Below are positions 17,273 through 25,899 of a stretch of 64,000 bases of DNA, piece after piece. The notes beneath the pieces were generated by a model, which was not told the DNA's origin, ran no database searches, and saw only the letters and a list, made by a program, of their open reading frames with translations. Origin of the DNA: Acidimicrobiales bacterium (lineage in GTDB: Bacteria; Actinomycetota; Acidimicrobiia; Acidimicrobiales; DATDAH01); NCBI GenBank assembly GCA_041908445.1, contig JAYRFK010000075.1, forward strand, positions 70,503 through 134,502, read 5' to 3'. The position numbers and the translations under genes are program-made. Every line of letters begins with the position of its first letter. Position 1 is the first letter of the stretch.

Positions 17273-18328
17273 TCAAAACGCGTCGAAGTCGAGCAGCTCG
17301 AAGGTGTCGAAGGTGGCGGGGGCCTGGGGGCCGGCGTCCTCGAGGTCCATGCCGAGGAACGCCGACGCCTCGTCGCGGGCGATGAACAGCAGGTTGAGCG
17401 GCGCCGGCTGCACCCCCTTGGGGATGGCGATGCCCTTCACCGGGACGTGGACGTTGAAGCCGGCGTAGATCGCCATCGGCACCCGGTGGTGGCGCATCGC
17501 CGCCGCGATCACCTTGCGGGCCGACCGGGGACCGGGCGCCGGGCCCCGCGGCAGGAGCTTCAGGACGACCGCCAGGGGCACGCCCTTGGCCGTGGCCCGG
17601 GTCGTCACCGCCACCACCGAGTCGTCGGCGTGCACGGCGTAGCCGGCGCCGGGCGCGGCCAGCCGCCAGGCGAGCTGCTCCGGGGTCCAGCGCTGGGTCC
17701 ACCCGTCGGCCGGCGCCTCGTCGAGGCCGGCGGTCAGCCGGGCGAAGTCGGCACTGGCCCGGAACCCGTCGGTGACCGCGTGGCTCTCGACCCGACGCCC
17801 ACCACCGAGGCGCGGGATGGCCACGACCGGCAGGCTGGTGATGAGGCGGGCGCCGATGCGGTGCAGGCCGGGCATGGTCGAGTTCTCGTTGGTGACGCCG
17901 ATGCCCCCGATGAGCCCGCCGAGCTCCTCCTTGCGCTCGATGGCCCGCTTGGTGGCCCGGGCGGTGAGGGCGACGAAGTGCATGCTGCCGAGGCCCGATC
18001 GGGTGACGGCGTTGACCGACAGCACGAAGGTGGCCTGCTCCTCGCGGTTGCGCCACGGCTGGGGCACCAGGGCGAAGTGGGCCACGCGGGCGCCCTTGCG
18101 GTCGACGTCCTCCTCGATGGCCGGGTGGTGCGGGTTCTCCCGGTACAGCCAGTGCAGGAAGGTGGTGTCCTCGAAGCGGTCGGCGTCGGGGTGCTCACGC
18201 CGGAGCAGCGCCGCGGTCGCGGCCAGGTCGTCCGGGGCGTCGGCGGCGGTCTCGGCGCGGCCGTTCCCGGCCTGAGCCGTCTCGTCGGCGTCGGCGTCGG
18301 CGTCGGCGTCGGTCGGTGGCGGGGTCAC
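17273..18328 (-). CDS. GNAT-family acyltransferase, paralogue 1
   Basis: R-x-G-x-G acyl-CoA loop (VTRSGLGSMHF). The C-terminus FELLDFDAF is shared with the neighbouring paralogue. The start is a GTG in a GTGA overlap. The N-terminus contains TDADADADADE. Confidence 0.65.
   Translation of the reverse strand: MTPPPTDADADADADETAQAGNGRAETAADAPDDLAATAALLRREHPDADRFEDTTFLHWLYRENPHHPAIEEDVDRKGARVAHFALVPQPWRNREEQATFVLSVNAVTRSGLGSMHFVALTARATKRAIERKEELGGLIGGIGVTNENSTMPGLHRIGARLITSLPVVAIPRLGGGRRVESHAVTDGFRASADFARLTAGLDEAPADGWTQRWTPEQLAWRLAAPGAGYAVHADDSVVAVTTRATAKGVPLAVVLKLLPRGPAPGPRSARKVIAAAMRHHRVPMAIYAGFNVHVPVKGIAIPKGVQPAPLNLLFIARDEASAFLGMDLEDAGPQAPATFDTFELLDFDAF
18284..18313. repeat. in-frame hexanucleotide microsatellite (GTCGGC)x4 plus one variant unit
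   Basis: Read directly from the sequence. It encodes the (Asp-Ala)n tract at the N-terminus of GNAT paralogue 1. Confidence 0.8.
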
Positions 18329-19269
18329 AGCGCGTCGAAGTCCAGCAGCTCGAAGCAGCGCAGCTGCACCTCGTCCTGGGGCAGCCCCTCGATGTCCTCG
18401 CCGACCGCGACCGACGCCCGGTCCGCGCCGAAGAGCACCAGGTTGAGCGGGGACGGCAGCAGTCGGCGGGGCACGGCCACGCCCGGCATCGGCACGCGGT
18501 GGTTGAAGCCGACGTAGACCGCGGCCGGCGAGCGGTCCCGGCGGCACGCCGCCGCCACCAGCCGGGCACCCGCCCGGCGGCTCGGCACGGCGGCGCGGGC
18601 CAGCAGCTTCAGCACCACCGTGACGGGGACGCCGCGGTAGCGGAGCCGGGTGGTGACCGCGGCCGCGTCCTCGCTCACGTGGACGCGGTACGCGGCCGCC
18701 GGGTTGGCCAGGCGCCAGCGCAGCACGTCACCGGACCAGTCCTGGGCCCAGCCGTCGTCGGGCGGCGGGGCCAGCGAGGCGGCCAGGGCGGCCACCTCGT
18801 CGCCCTCGAGCCAGGCCGGGGTCACGTCGTGGGTGACGACCGCACCGCCACCCGGGGACACCGGCCGCACCACCACCGGCAGCGGGCCGAGGTCGCCGAT
18901 CCCCGTGCGGGTCACGGTCATGGCCGTCGACGCCGCGTTCGTCACGCCGAAGCCGGCCACCACGCCGCGTCGGCCCATCTCGCGGATGCCCCGCCGGAGC
19001 AGAGCGAGGAAGTGGGCCTGGCCGACGCCCGCCCGGGTCACCCCGTTGACGCCGACGCAGAACTCGGCGCGCTCGTCGCCCCGCGCCCACCGCTGCGGCA
19101 GCAGCGCCACGTGCGACACCCGTTCGCCCTTGCGGTCGACGCTCTCCTGGATGGCGCTGCCGACCGGGTTCTCCTCGTACAGCCACTCGAGGTAGCCCGG
19201 CGTCCGGAAGCACTCCCGATCGGGGTGCTCCGCGGCGAGCAGCGCGGCCGTGGCGTCCAGGTCGCTCAC
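18325..19269 (-). CDS. GNAT-family acyltransferase, paralogue 2
   Basis: Collinear with 17273-18328 (WLYEENP..., VTRAGVGQAHF, ...FELLDFDAL). The GTG start is embedded in the stop of the GT-C gene (GTGA). Confidence 0.65.
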   Translation of the reverse strand: MSDLDATAALLAAEHPDRECFRTPGYLEWLYEENPVGSAIQESVDRKGERVSHVALLPQRWARGDERAEFCVGVNGVTRAGVGQAHFLALLRRGIREMGRRGVVAGFGVTNAASTAMTVTRTGIGDLGPLPVVVRPVSPGGGAVVTHDVTPAWLEGDEVAALAASLAPPPDDGWAQDWSGDVLRWRLANPAAAYRVHVSEDAAAVTTRLRYRGVPVTVVLKLLARAAVPSRRAGARLVAAACRRDRSPAAVYVGFNHRVPMPGVAVPRRLLPSPLNLVLFGADRASVAVGEDIEGLPQDEVQLRCFELLDFDAL

Positions 19270-20702
19270 CGGGTCGCCACCCGCTCGTCGGTCCGGGTCG
19301 CCGGGTCGGCGGCCCCACCCGGCGGCGCCGTCGCCCCGCGTTCCTTGGCCGCCGCCTTGGTGCGGGCCGGTCCCCGCAGCCACCGCCAGGCCGCGTCCAG
19401 GGCGATGCCGGACAGGATCACCAGGCCCAGGTCCACCGGGAAGCGGTAGCGGGTGATGCCGATGGCGACCGCCGCGGTCAGCGTCACGAGGAGCGCGAGC
19501 GAGAGGAAGGGCAGGATCGGCACCGCTCGCCGCCGCAGCACCACCAGACCGGCGATGCCGAGCGCGAGCAGTTCGTAGTAGAGGATCAGGCCGGTGGTGG
19601 CGACGGCCCGGCCGCGGCCCTCCACCACGGTGTCGAGGGTGATGCTCTGCCCGGGCCGGTAGACCCCCCAGATCCGGCCCACCCGGGCGGCGGACACGAC
19701 GGCGGCGCGTCCGGGCCGTGACTCGATGTAGTCGAGGCCCCGGTGCAGGCCGATGTCGGCGGCGTCGGACTCGTCGCCGTCACCCAGCCACTCGATGCCC
19801 TGCCGCGCGATGACCTCCATGTCGGGGTTCCGGGCGGCGACCTCGGGGATCTCCTCGGCGCTCGGGAAGGCGCACTTGCCGCTCCAGTAGCCGAGCAGGG
19901 GCCCGTCGTAGGTCTGGTCGCAGTTGGCCTGGGGCAGCACGCCCGCCGCGCCGTAGGACAGGAAGACCGGCTGGTCGAAGCGGGCCAGGTTGTGCAGGAT
20001 CCACGGGCTGATCACCAACCAGTAGGTGGCCCCGGCGACCACGACGAGCAGCACCCGCCGCTTCCAGGCCAGGCCCGGCACCAGCACCGCCAGGGGCAGG
20101 GCCAGCAGCAGGAGGAGGTTGGAGGCCTCGGCCCGGGTGAGGGCGGCCAGCGCGATGGCGCCGCCGAGCACCGCCATGCGCCGCCACCCGGGATCGTCGT
20201 AGACCCGGTAGGCGGCGAACAGGACGAGGCAGAGCGTGACGCCGTAGAGGGGCTCGGACAGGATCAGGCCGTCGTTCACCCACAGCAGCGGGTACAGCCC
20301 GGCGAGGACCGCGGCGATCAGCCCGGCGCGGTCGCCCGCTCCCGGACCGCCGGCGAGGCGCCGGGCCAGCAGGCCCACGAGGGCGACCGTGACCGCGCCC
20401 GCGAGGCACGAGATCACCCGGTGCGCGAGCGGGCTGTCGAAGCCGAGGACCGACGGGACCGCGAGGTACAGCGAGTACAGCGGCGGGTGGTGGGCGGCTT
20501 GGACGTTCACCCCGGCGTAGACCCAGGCGATGGGGCTCGTGAACCCGTCGCCCTGGCTCAGCGACAGCGCCTGGTTGTGGAAGTAGAAGCCGTCGCCCAC
20601 GGGCTCGTCGTTGCCGTGGACGCCGATGGCGTAGGCCAGCCGGAGCGCGAGCGCGCCGGCGGTGACCAGGCCCAGGCGGAGCCGGAAGGCCCGCTCAGGC
20701 AC
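19266..20702 (-). CDS. GT-C fold glycosyltransferase (PMT/ArnT-like), paralogue 1
   Basis: Polytopic membrane protein with the early loop DEPVGDGFYFHNQA, multiple TM helices and a periplasmic Cys-containing loop. Confidence 0.7.
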   Translation of the reverse strand: MPERAFRLRLGLVTAGALALRLAYAIGVHGNDEPVGDGFYFHNQALSLSQGDGFTSPIAWVYAGVNVQAAHHPPLYSLYLAVPSVLGFDSPLAHRVISCLAGAVTVALVGLLARRLAGGPGAGDRAGLIAAVLAGLYPLLWVNDGLILSEPLYGVTLCLVLFAAYRVYDDPGWRRMAVLGGAIALAALTRAEASNLLLLLALPLAVLVPGLAWKRRVLLVVVAGATYWLVISPWILHNLARFDQPVFLSYGAAGVLPQANCDQTYDGPLLGYWSGKCAFPSAEEIPEVAARNPDMEVIARQGIEWLGDGDESDAADIGLHRGLDYIESRPGRAAVVSAARVGRIWGVYRPGQSITLDTVVEGRGRAVATTGLILYYELLALGIAGLVVLRRRAVPILPFLSLALLVTLTAAVAIGITRYRFPVDLGLVILSGIALDAAWRWLRGPARTKAAAKERGATAPPGGAADPATRTDERVATR

Positions 20703-22101
20703 GCGCCGGCTCGACGGGATCGGCAGGATCGGTGGTCGCGCCCGCCCCGTCCCCGACGCCGGGGCGCGCCCCGGCGTGGCGGCGGGCCCGCCACCACGTC
20801 AGGCACTGGTCGCCCACCACGCCGGCGAGCACGGCGAGGGCGACCTCGACGGGCACGCGGTAGCGGGTCACCGGGATCGCGATCGCGGCGACCGCGGTGA
20901 CGAGCACCGCCATGGACACCAGCGGCAGGATCGGCACCTTGCGCTTGCGCAGCAACCAGAGGCCGACCGCCCCCACGGCGACGAGCTCGTAGAAGGTGAT
21001 GAGCGCCAAGCGGGAGACCCAGAGCGGGCGGCCCTCGCCCACCGCGTCGATGCGGACCTGCTGGCCGGGGCGGAACAGCCCCCAGATGCGCCCGACCCGG
21101 GCGGCGACGACGACCGGGACCCGTCCCCGGTGGGCCGAGATGTAGTCGAGGCCCTCCTGCTGGCCGAGCTTGGCCGCGTCGGACTCGTCGCCGAACCGGG
21201 CGCCGTAGATCTCGGCGCACCGCGCCGGGGTGCGCAGGCACTGCTGGGCCGACGGGCCGAGCGTCTCGTCGAGGAACGAGCAGTCCGGGTGCCAGTAGCC
21301 GAGGTACTCACCCTCGTAGGTCCGGTCGCAGTTCGCCTGGGTGAGCACGCCGGCGAGGCCGTAGGACAGCGTCACGGGCTGGTTGAACCGGTAGAGGTTG
21401 TGGCCCACCCAGGGCGCCATCACGAACGCACCGGTGGCGAAGACCACCGCCACCAGCACCGCCCGGGCGACCTTGTCGAGCTGGCGGCAGAGGAGCACGA
21501 GGGGCAGGGCCAGGATGACGAAGAGCAGCAGCGCCTCGGCCCGGGTCAGCGTCGCCAGGCCGAGCACGAGGCCGAGCACCGCGGCCTCACGTGGCCGGGG
21601 GTCGTCCCACAGGCGGTAGGCGCAGAGCAGCACCAGGGCGATCATCAGCCCGTAGAGCGGCTCGGAGAGCAGGAGCGGGTCGTTCGCCCACAGGTTGGGG
21701 TACAGCGCCGCGACCACCGCGGCGATGAGGCCGGCCCGCTCGCCGGCGATGCGCCGGCCGACGAGGCCGACGACGACGATCATGGCGAGGCCGGCGAGGC
21801 TCGTGGCCAGGCGCAGCAGCTCGGGGCTGTCGCCCACGACCTTCTGGGCCAGGGCGAGGTACACGACGTAGAGCGGCGGGTGGTGGGCCGCCTGCAGGCG
21901 CAGGTCGAACGCCTGGTTGAGGATCGGGTCGATGAACCCGAGCCCGTGGGCCAACGCGTCGGCCTGGCCCGAGAAGTAGACGCCGTCGCCAGTGGCGGGG
22001 TCGTCGCCCGTGGTCGCCAGGGTGAACACCGCCCGCAGCAGGAAGCCGCCGACGGCCACGAGGCCGAGGGCCACGCGGAACGACAGGCGCGGCCGGGGCA
22101 C
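20695..22101 (-). CDS. GT-C fold glycosyltransferase (PMT/ArnT-like), paralogue 2
   Basis: Collinear with 19266-20702 (DDPATGDGVYFSGQA, AAHHPPLY, LTRAEA...). I chose GTG 22101 because VPRPRLSFRVALGLV aligns with MPERAFRLRLGLV of the paralogue. There is an 8-nt overlap with the downstream gene. Confidence 0.65.
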   Translation of the reverse strand: MPRPRLSFRVALGLVAVGGFLLRAVFTLATTGDDPATGDGVYFSGQADALAHGLGFIDPILNQAFDLRLQAAHHPPLYVVYLALAQKVVGDSPELLRLATSLAGLAMIVVVGLVGRRIAGERAGLIAAVVAALYPNLWANDPLLLSEPLYGLMIALVLLCAYRLWDDPRPREAAVLGLVLGLATLTRAEALLLFVILALPLVLLCRQLDKVARAVLVAVVFATGAFVMAPWVGHNLYRFNQPVTLSYGLAGVLTQANCDRTYEGEYLGYWHPDCSFLDETLGPSAQQCLRTPARCAEIYGARFGDESDAAKLGQQEGLDYISAHRGRVPVVVAARVGRIWGLFRPGQQVRIDAVGEGRPLWVSRLALITFYELVAVGAVGLWLLRKRKVPILPLVSMAVLVTAVAAIAIPVTRYRVPVEVALAVLAGVVGDQCLTWWRARRHAGARPGVGDGAGATTDPADPVEPARA

Positions 22102-22169
22102 GGCGGGCGATGCTACCGCCGCACCCCGCTCGGCCCCATCCGGCACGGCTCGTTCCGGCAGGCCTCCGG

Positions 22170-23672
22170 TCACGGGCGGCTCGTCGTGCTCGTGCCCGTG
22201 GCGTCCGCCGCGGTGGTCGTGGTGGTGGTGGTGGCCGCACCACCGGCGCCGCCACCGCCCTGCTGGCCCGGGACGCGCACGGGCACCAGGTCGGCGAGGG
22301 CCGGCCGGTCGGGGTAGCTCGCCAACAGGGCGCCGAGCTGGCCCCGCAGCGCGTCCTGCTCGGGGGTGACGTAGGGCGGGTTGTTGAGGATGTAGGCGAA
22401 GGTGAGCTCGTCGCCGCCCTCGAGGAGGTCGACGACCCCGGCGAGGGCCCGCACGTGGTTGAGCGACCCCGTCTTGGCGTGCAGCCGCCCCTCCAGGGGG
22501 GTGCCCGCGAAGGTGGCCAGCGTGCCCGTCTCGCCGCCCGTGGCGAAGCCGTCCACCAGCGACGGGTTGGCCTCGATGGTCGCGACGAGGGTCCCGCAAC
22601 TCAGGCGGTTGGACTCGGCGAGGCCCGAGCCGTCGACCGCGTCCTCGGCGCCAACGGTGACGCCGTCGTCCGCGAGGAGCTGTTCGACCGCGGCGGCGCC
22701 GGCGGCCGTGGTGCCCTCGCCGCCGGTGGCCAGGCCCACCTCCCGCAGCACCAGCTCCGCGGTCTGGTTGTCGCTGAAGGTGAGCAGCTGGGCGAGGATC
22801 CGCTCGAGCGGCTTCGAGCGCACCTTCGCGACGGTCACCGCACCCTCGGGCGCCGCGCCCGAGGACGGCTCCCCCACCACCTCGACCCCGCGCTGGCGCA
22901 GGAGGACGGTGAAGACCGCCGCGGCCTGCCGGGCCGGGTCGGGCGAGGGCCGCAGCGGGGCACCGGGGTCGGACGCGCTCGGGAAGCTCTCGAAGCCGTC
23001 GTCGACCGACAGGGCCGAGAGGGGCCCGGTCTGGTTCTGGTCGATGTACCGGCTCGGCCAGTCGGCCACGTAGCGGGCCGTCGAGTAGCGGCTGTCGTCC
23101 CCGACCACGCCGCCCTCCACCCGGGTCACCCCCTGGGCGACGACCCGGTCGGCGAGGTCCTCGAGGCGGGTGTGGGCCCGCTCCTGCTGCGGGGTGCGCT
23201 CGGCATAGCCCTCGGTCGCCAGCACGGGGTCGCCGCCGCCGACGAGGTAGAGGTCGCCCGCCACGACCCCGCCGGCCGGCGCCGCCGCGGCCTGCACCTT
23301 GGTGCGGTAGCGGTGGTCGGGCCCCAGCGCCGACAGGGCCGCGGCGGCGGTCAGCACCTTCTCGGTCGAGGCCGGCGTGATCGCGGCGTCCGGGCGGTGC
23401 GCGACGATCGGGCGGCCGTCGGCCTCCACCACGAGGCAGGCGTCCGGCGGCAGCGCGGTGGTGAACGACTCGAGCCCGGCCCGGAGGCGGGCGTCGGCGC
23501 CCGCCTGCGAGGCGAGGTCCGGCACGCGACGGGCCGACAGTACCGGCGTGACCGCGGACGCCTGCTCGGCGGCCGCCGGCGTGTCGGCCGCACGGGCATC
23601 GAGGACCAGCGCCGCGACCCCCGCGCCCACTGCCACCAGCAGCAGCAGGACGGGGAGGATCAGTCGGCGCAC
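22170..23672 (-). CDS. dacB: D-alanyl-D-alanine carboxypeptidase/endopeptidase (PBP4, peptidase S13)
   Basis: Signal anchor, then PASTEKVLT (SxxK). The overall S13 length is followed by a Gly/Thr-rich tail. Confidence 0.8.
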   Translation of the reverse strand: MRRLILPVLLLLVAVGAGVAALVLDARAADTPAAAEQASAVTPVLSARRVPDLASQAGADARLRAGLESFTTALPPDACLVVEADGRPIVAHRPDAAITPASTEKVLTAAAALSALGPDHRYRTKVQAAAAPAGGVVAGDLYLVGGGDPVLATEGYAERTPQQERAHTRLEDLADRVVAQGVTRVEGGVVGDDSRYSTARYVADWPSRYIDQNQTGPLSALSVDDGFESFPSASDPGAPLRPSPDPARQAAAVFTVLLRQRGVEVVGEPSSGAAPEGAVTVAKVRSKPLERILAQLLTFSDNQTAELVLREVGLATGGEGTTAAGAAAVEQLLADDGVTVGAEDAVDGSGLAESNRLSCGTLVATIEANPSLVDGFATGGETGTLATFAGTPLEGRLHAKTGSLNHVRALAGVVDLLEGGDELTFAYILNNPPYVTPEQDALRGQLGALLASYPDRPALADLVPVRVPGQQGGGGAGGAATTTTTTTAADATGTSTTSRP

Positions 23673-23685
23673 GTGGTGGTTCGGC

Positions 23686-25158
23686 TCAGAGCAGCCCGCG
23701 GCGCTGGCGCCAGCGGGTGTCGTGCCAGAGGTGGGCCAGGGCGGTGACGGCCCGGTTGGACGAGCCGTAGCAGAGCCGCCCGCTGGCCCGCACCGCCGCG
23801 GGCCCGGCGTTGGTCGGGTCGGTGGTGGCCAGCTCGGTGGCCGTGAGGATGGGCTTGCCGGTGGCCGCGGAGATGTCGGCGGCGGCCTGGGCGAAGCGGG
23901 CGTCCTGGCGCTCGTGGTAGTCGACGATGCGCTCGAGGCCGTGGCCCGGGTAGAAGGGCCCCTCCCGCTCCATGCGGGCGGTGTTGGCCTGGATGCCGAG
24001 GCCGAGGAAGATCACCGCGTCGACGTCGGGGTGGCTGGCGACGATCTCCATGACCTCGGGGATGGTGTCGCGGGTCTCGCTGCCCGCGAGGTCGACCGGG
24101 TTGCTCTTGCTCCAGCGGGGCGGCAGCTTCGTGTCGATCGTGCGGCGCAGGTCGTCGGGCAGGTCGAGCAGCACGAGGTCGGTGCGGGCGATGGCGTCGG
24201 CGGTCACCACGCCCCAGCCGCCGGCCGTCGTGTAGATCACCGTGCGGGGCCCCTTGGGCCGGGGCTGGGTGGCGAAGGTCGCGGCCGCCTCGAAGGCCTC
24301 CTCGACCGTGGCCGCCCGCGTCACGCCCGCCTGGCGCATGGCCCCGTCGAACACCGCGTCGTCGGTGGCCAGCGAACCGGTGTGGCTGGCCGCCGCCCGC
24401 GCCCCGCCGGCCGTGGCGCCTCCCTTCACGATCACGAGGGGCTTGCGCTCGGCCACCGACCGCAGGCGGTCGTAGTAGGCCCGGCCGTCGGTGATGCCCT
24501 CCAGGTAGGCGAGGCCGACCTTGGTCGCTGGGTCGTCGGCGTAGAAGTCGAGGAAGTCGGGCACGGTCACGGCCGCCGAGTTGCCGGCGCTGACCGCCCG
24601 GCTGATGCCGATGCCGCTGTGCAGCGCGAAGTTCTCGAACGACGAGACGAAGTTGCCCGACTGGCTGGCCACGCCGATGTGGCCGAGCGGCGGGTTGGGG
24701 GCCACGATCTGGGCGCAGAGCTTGGCGGGCGGGGACACCACGCCCTGGCCGTTGGGGCCGGCGAGGAGGATGCCGAGCCCCTCGGCCACGCGGACGAGCT
24801 CGGCCTCGGCCGCCCGGCCCTCGTCGCCCGCCTCGCCGTAGCCGGCCGACGCCACGAAGGCGGCCCGCACGCCCTTGCGGGCGCAGGCCTGGAGCAGCTC
24901 GACGTTGGTGGACGCCGGCGTGCAGATGAACACCAGGTCGGCCTCACCCTCCGGCACGTCGTCGATCGAGGGCAGGCAGTCGACGCCCAGCACCTGGGCG
25001 CCGTCGCGGTTCGTGGCGAAGACCCGGCCCTCGTAGCCGCCGGTGAGGATGTTGTGGAGGCAGACGAACCCGAACTTGCCGGGGTGGGTCGACGCCCCGG
25101 CGACGATCACGCCGCGGGGCTCGAACAGGGCACGGAACTGCTCGGTGGTCGGGGCCAT
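23686..25158 (-). CDS. ADP-forming acetyl-CoA synthetase, CoA-binding/ligase subunit
   Basis: CoA-binding N-terminus (PRGVIVAGASTHPGKFG) followed by succinyl-CoA-ligase-like domains. There is a 1-nt start/stop overlap with the ATP-grasp subunit gene. Confidence 0.8.
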   Translation of the reverse strand: MAPTTEQFRALFEPRGVIVAGASTHPGKFGFVCLHNILTGGYEGRVFATNRDGAQVLGVDCLPSIDDVPEGEADLVFICTPASTNVELLQACARKGVRAAFVASAGYGEAGDEGRAAEAELVRVAEGLGILLAGPNGQGVVSPPAKLCAQIVAPNPPLGHIGVASQSGNFVSSFENFALHSGIGISRAVSAGNSAAVTVPDFLDFYADDPATKVGLAYLEGITDGRAYYDRLRSVAERKPLVIVKGGATAGGARAAASHTGSLATDDAVFDGAMRQAGVTRAATVEEAFEAAATFATQPRPKGPRTVIYTTAGGWGVVTADAIARTDLVLLDLPDDLRRTIDTKLPPRWSKSNPVDLAGSETRDTIPEVMEIVASHPDVDAVIFLGLGIQANTARMEREGPFYPGHGLERIVDYHERQDARFAQAAADISAATGKPILTATELATTDPTNAGPAAVRASGRLCYGSSNRAVTALAHLWHDTRWRQRRGLL

Positions 25159-25814
25159 CAGCCCGCCACCTCCTCGACCTCGACCAGCGCGTCCACGGCG
25201 ACGGGCCGACCCTCGTGCACGATCAGGGGGTTCAGGTCGGCCGAGACCAGCTCCGGGTGGGCTTCGGCGGCCGCGGAGAGCCCCACCAGGACGTCGGCGA
25301 CCGCTTCGCGGTCGACCTCGGGCTCGCCCCGGAACGCGCCCAGCAGTGCCTGGGTGCGCAGCTGCTCGACCATCTCCAGCGCGTCGACGCGGTCGATCGG
25401 CACGAGGCGGAAGGCCACGTCGGCGACCGCCTCGGCCAGGATCCCCCCGACGCCGAGCATGACGGTCATCCCGAACTGCGGGTCGCGCGACAGCCCGGCG
25501 ATCAGCTCCCGGTTGCCGGCGATCATGGGCGCCACCAGCACGCCCACCTCGCCGTCCTCGGGGCGGGCGGCGGCGAGGAGCTCGTCGGCGGCCCGTTGCA
25601 CCGCGGCGGCGTCGCCGAGGCCGAGGCGCACGAGGCCGCGCTCGGTCTTGTGGGCGATCGCGTCCCCGCAGAGCTTGGCCACCACCGGGAACCCGAGGTC
25701 CTCGGCCGCGGCCACCGCGGCGGCGGGGTCCCCGACGACGACCTCGGCGGCCACGGGCACGCCGTGCTCGGCCAGGAGGCGCTTGGACTCGGCTTCGGAG
25801 AGCGTCGGGGACAT
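25158..25814 (-). CDS. ADP-forming acetyl-CoA synthetase, ATP-grasp subunit
   Basis: LSEAESKRLLAEHGVPV...FPVVAKL... is typical of the ATP-grasp_5 domain partner. Confidence 0.75.
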   Translation of the reverse strand: MSPTLSEAESKRLLAEHGVPVAAEVVVGDPAAAVAAAEDLGFPVVAKLCGDAIAHKTERGLVRLGLGDAAAVQRAADELLAAARPEDGEVGVLVAPMIAGNRELIAGLSRDPQFGMTVMLGVGGILAEAVADVAFRLVPIDRVDALEMVEQLRTQALLGAFRGEPEVDREAVADVLVGLSAAAEAHPELVSADLNPLIVHEGRPVAVDALVEVEEVAG

Positions 25815-25899
25815 CCGGCGCAGGTTACGTGACGGCCGTCCCCGCCCCCAGGCAGCGCCGCCGGCTCAAGGGCCGTCCGACCTAGGCCGAAGTGCCTAC

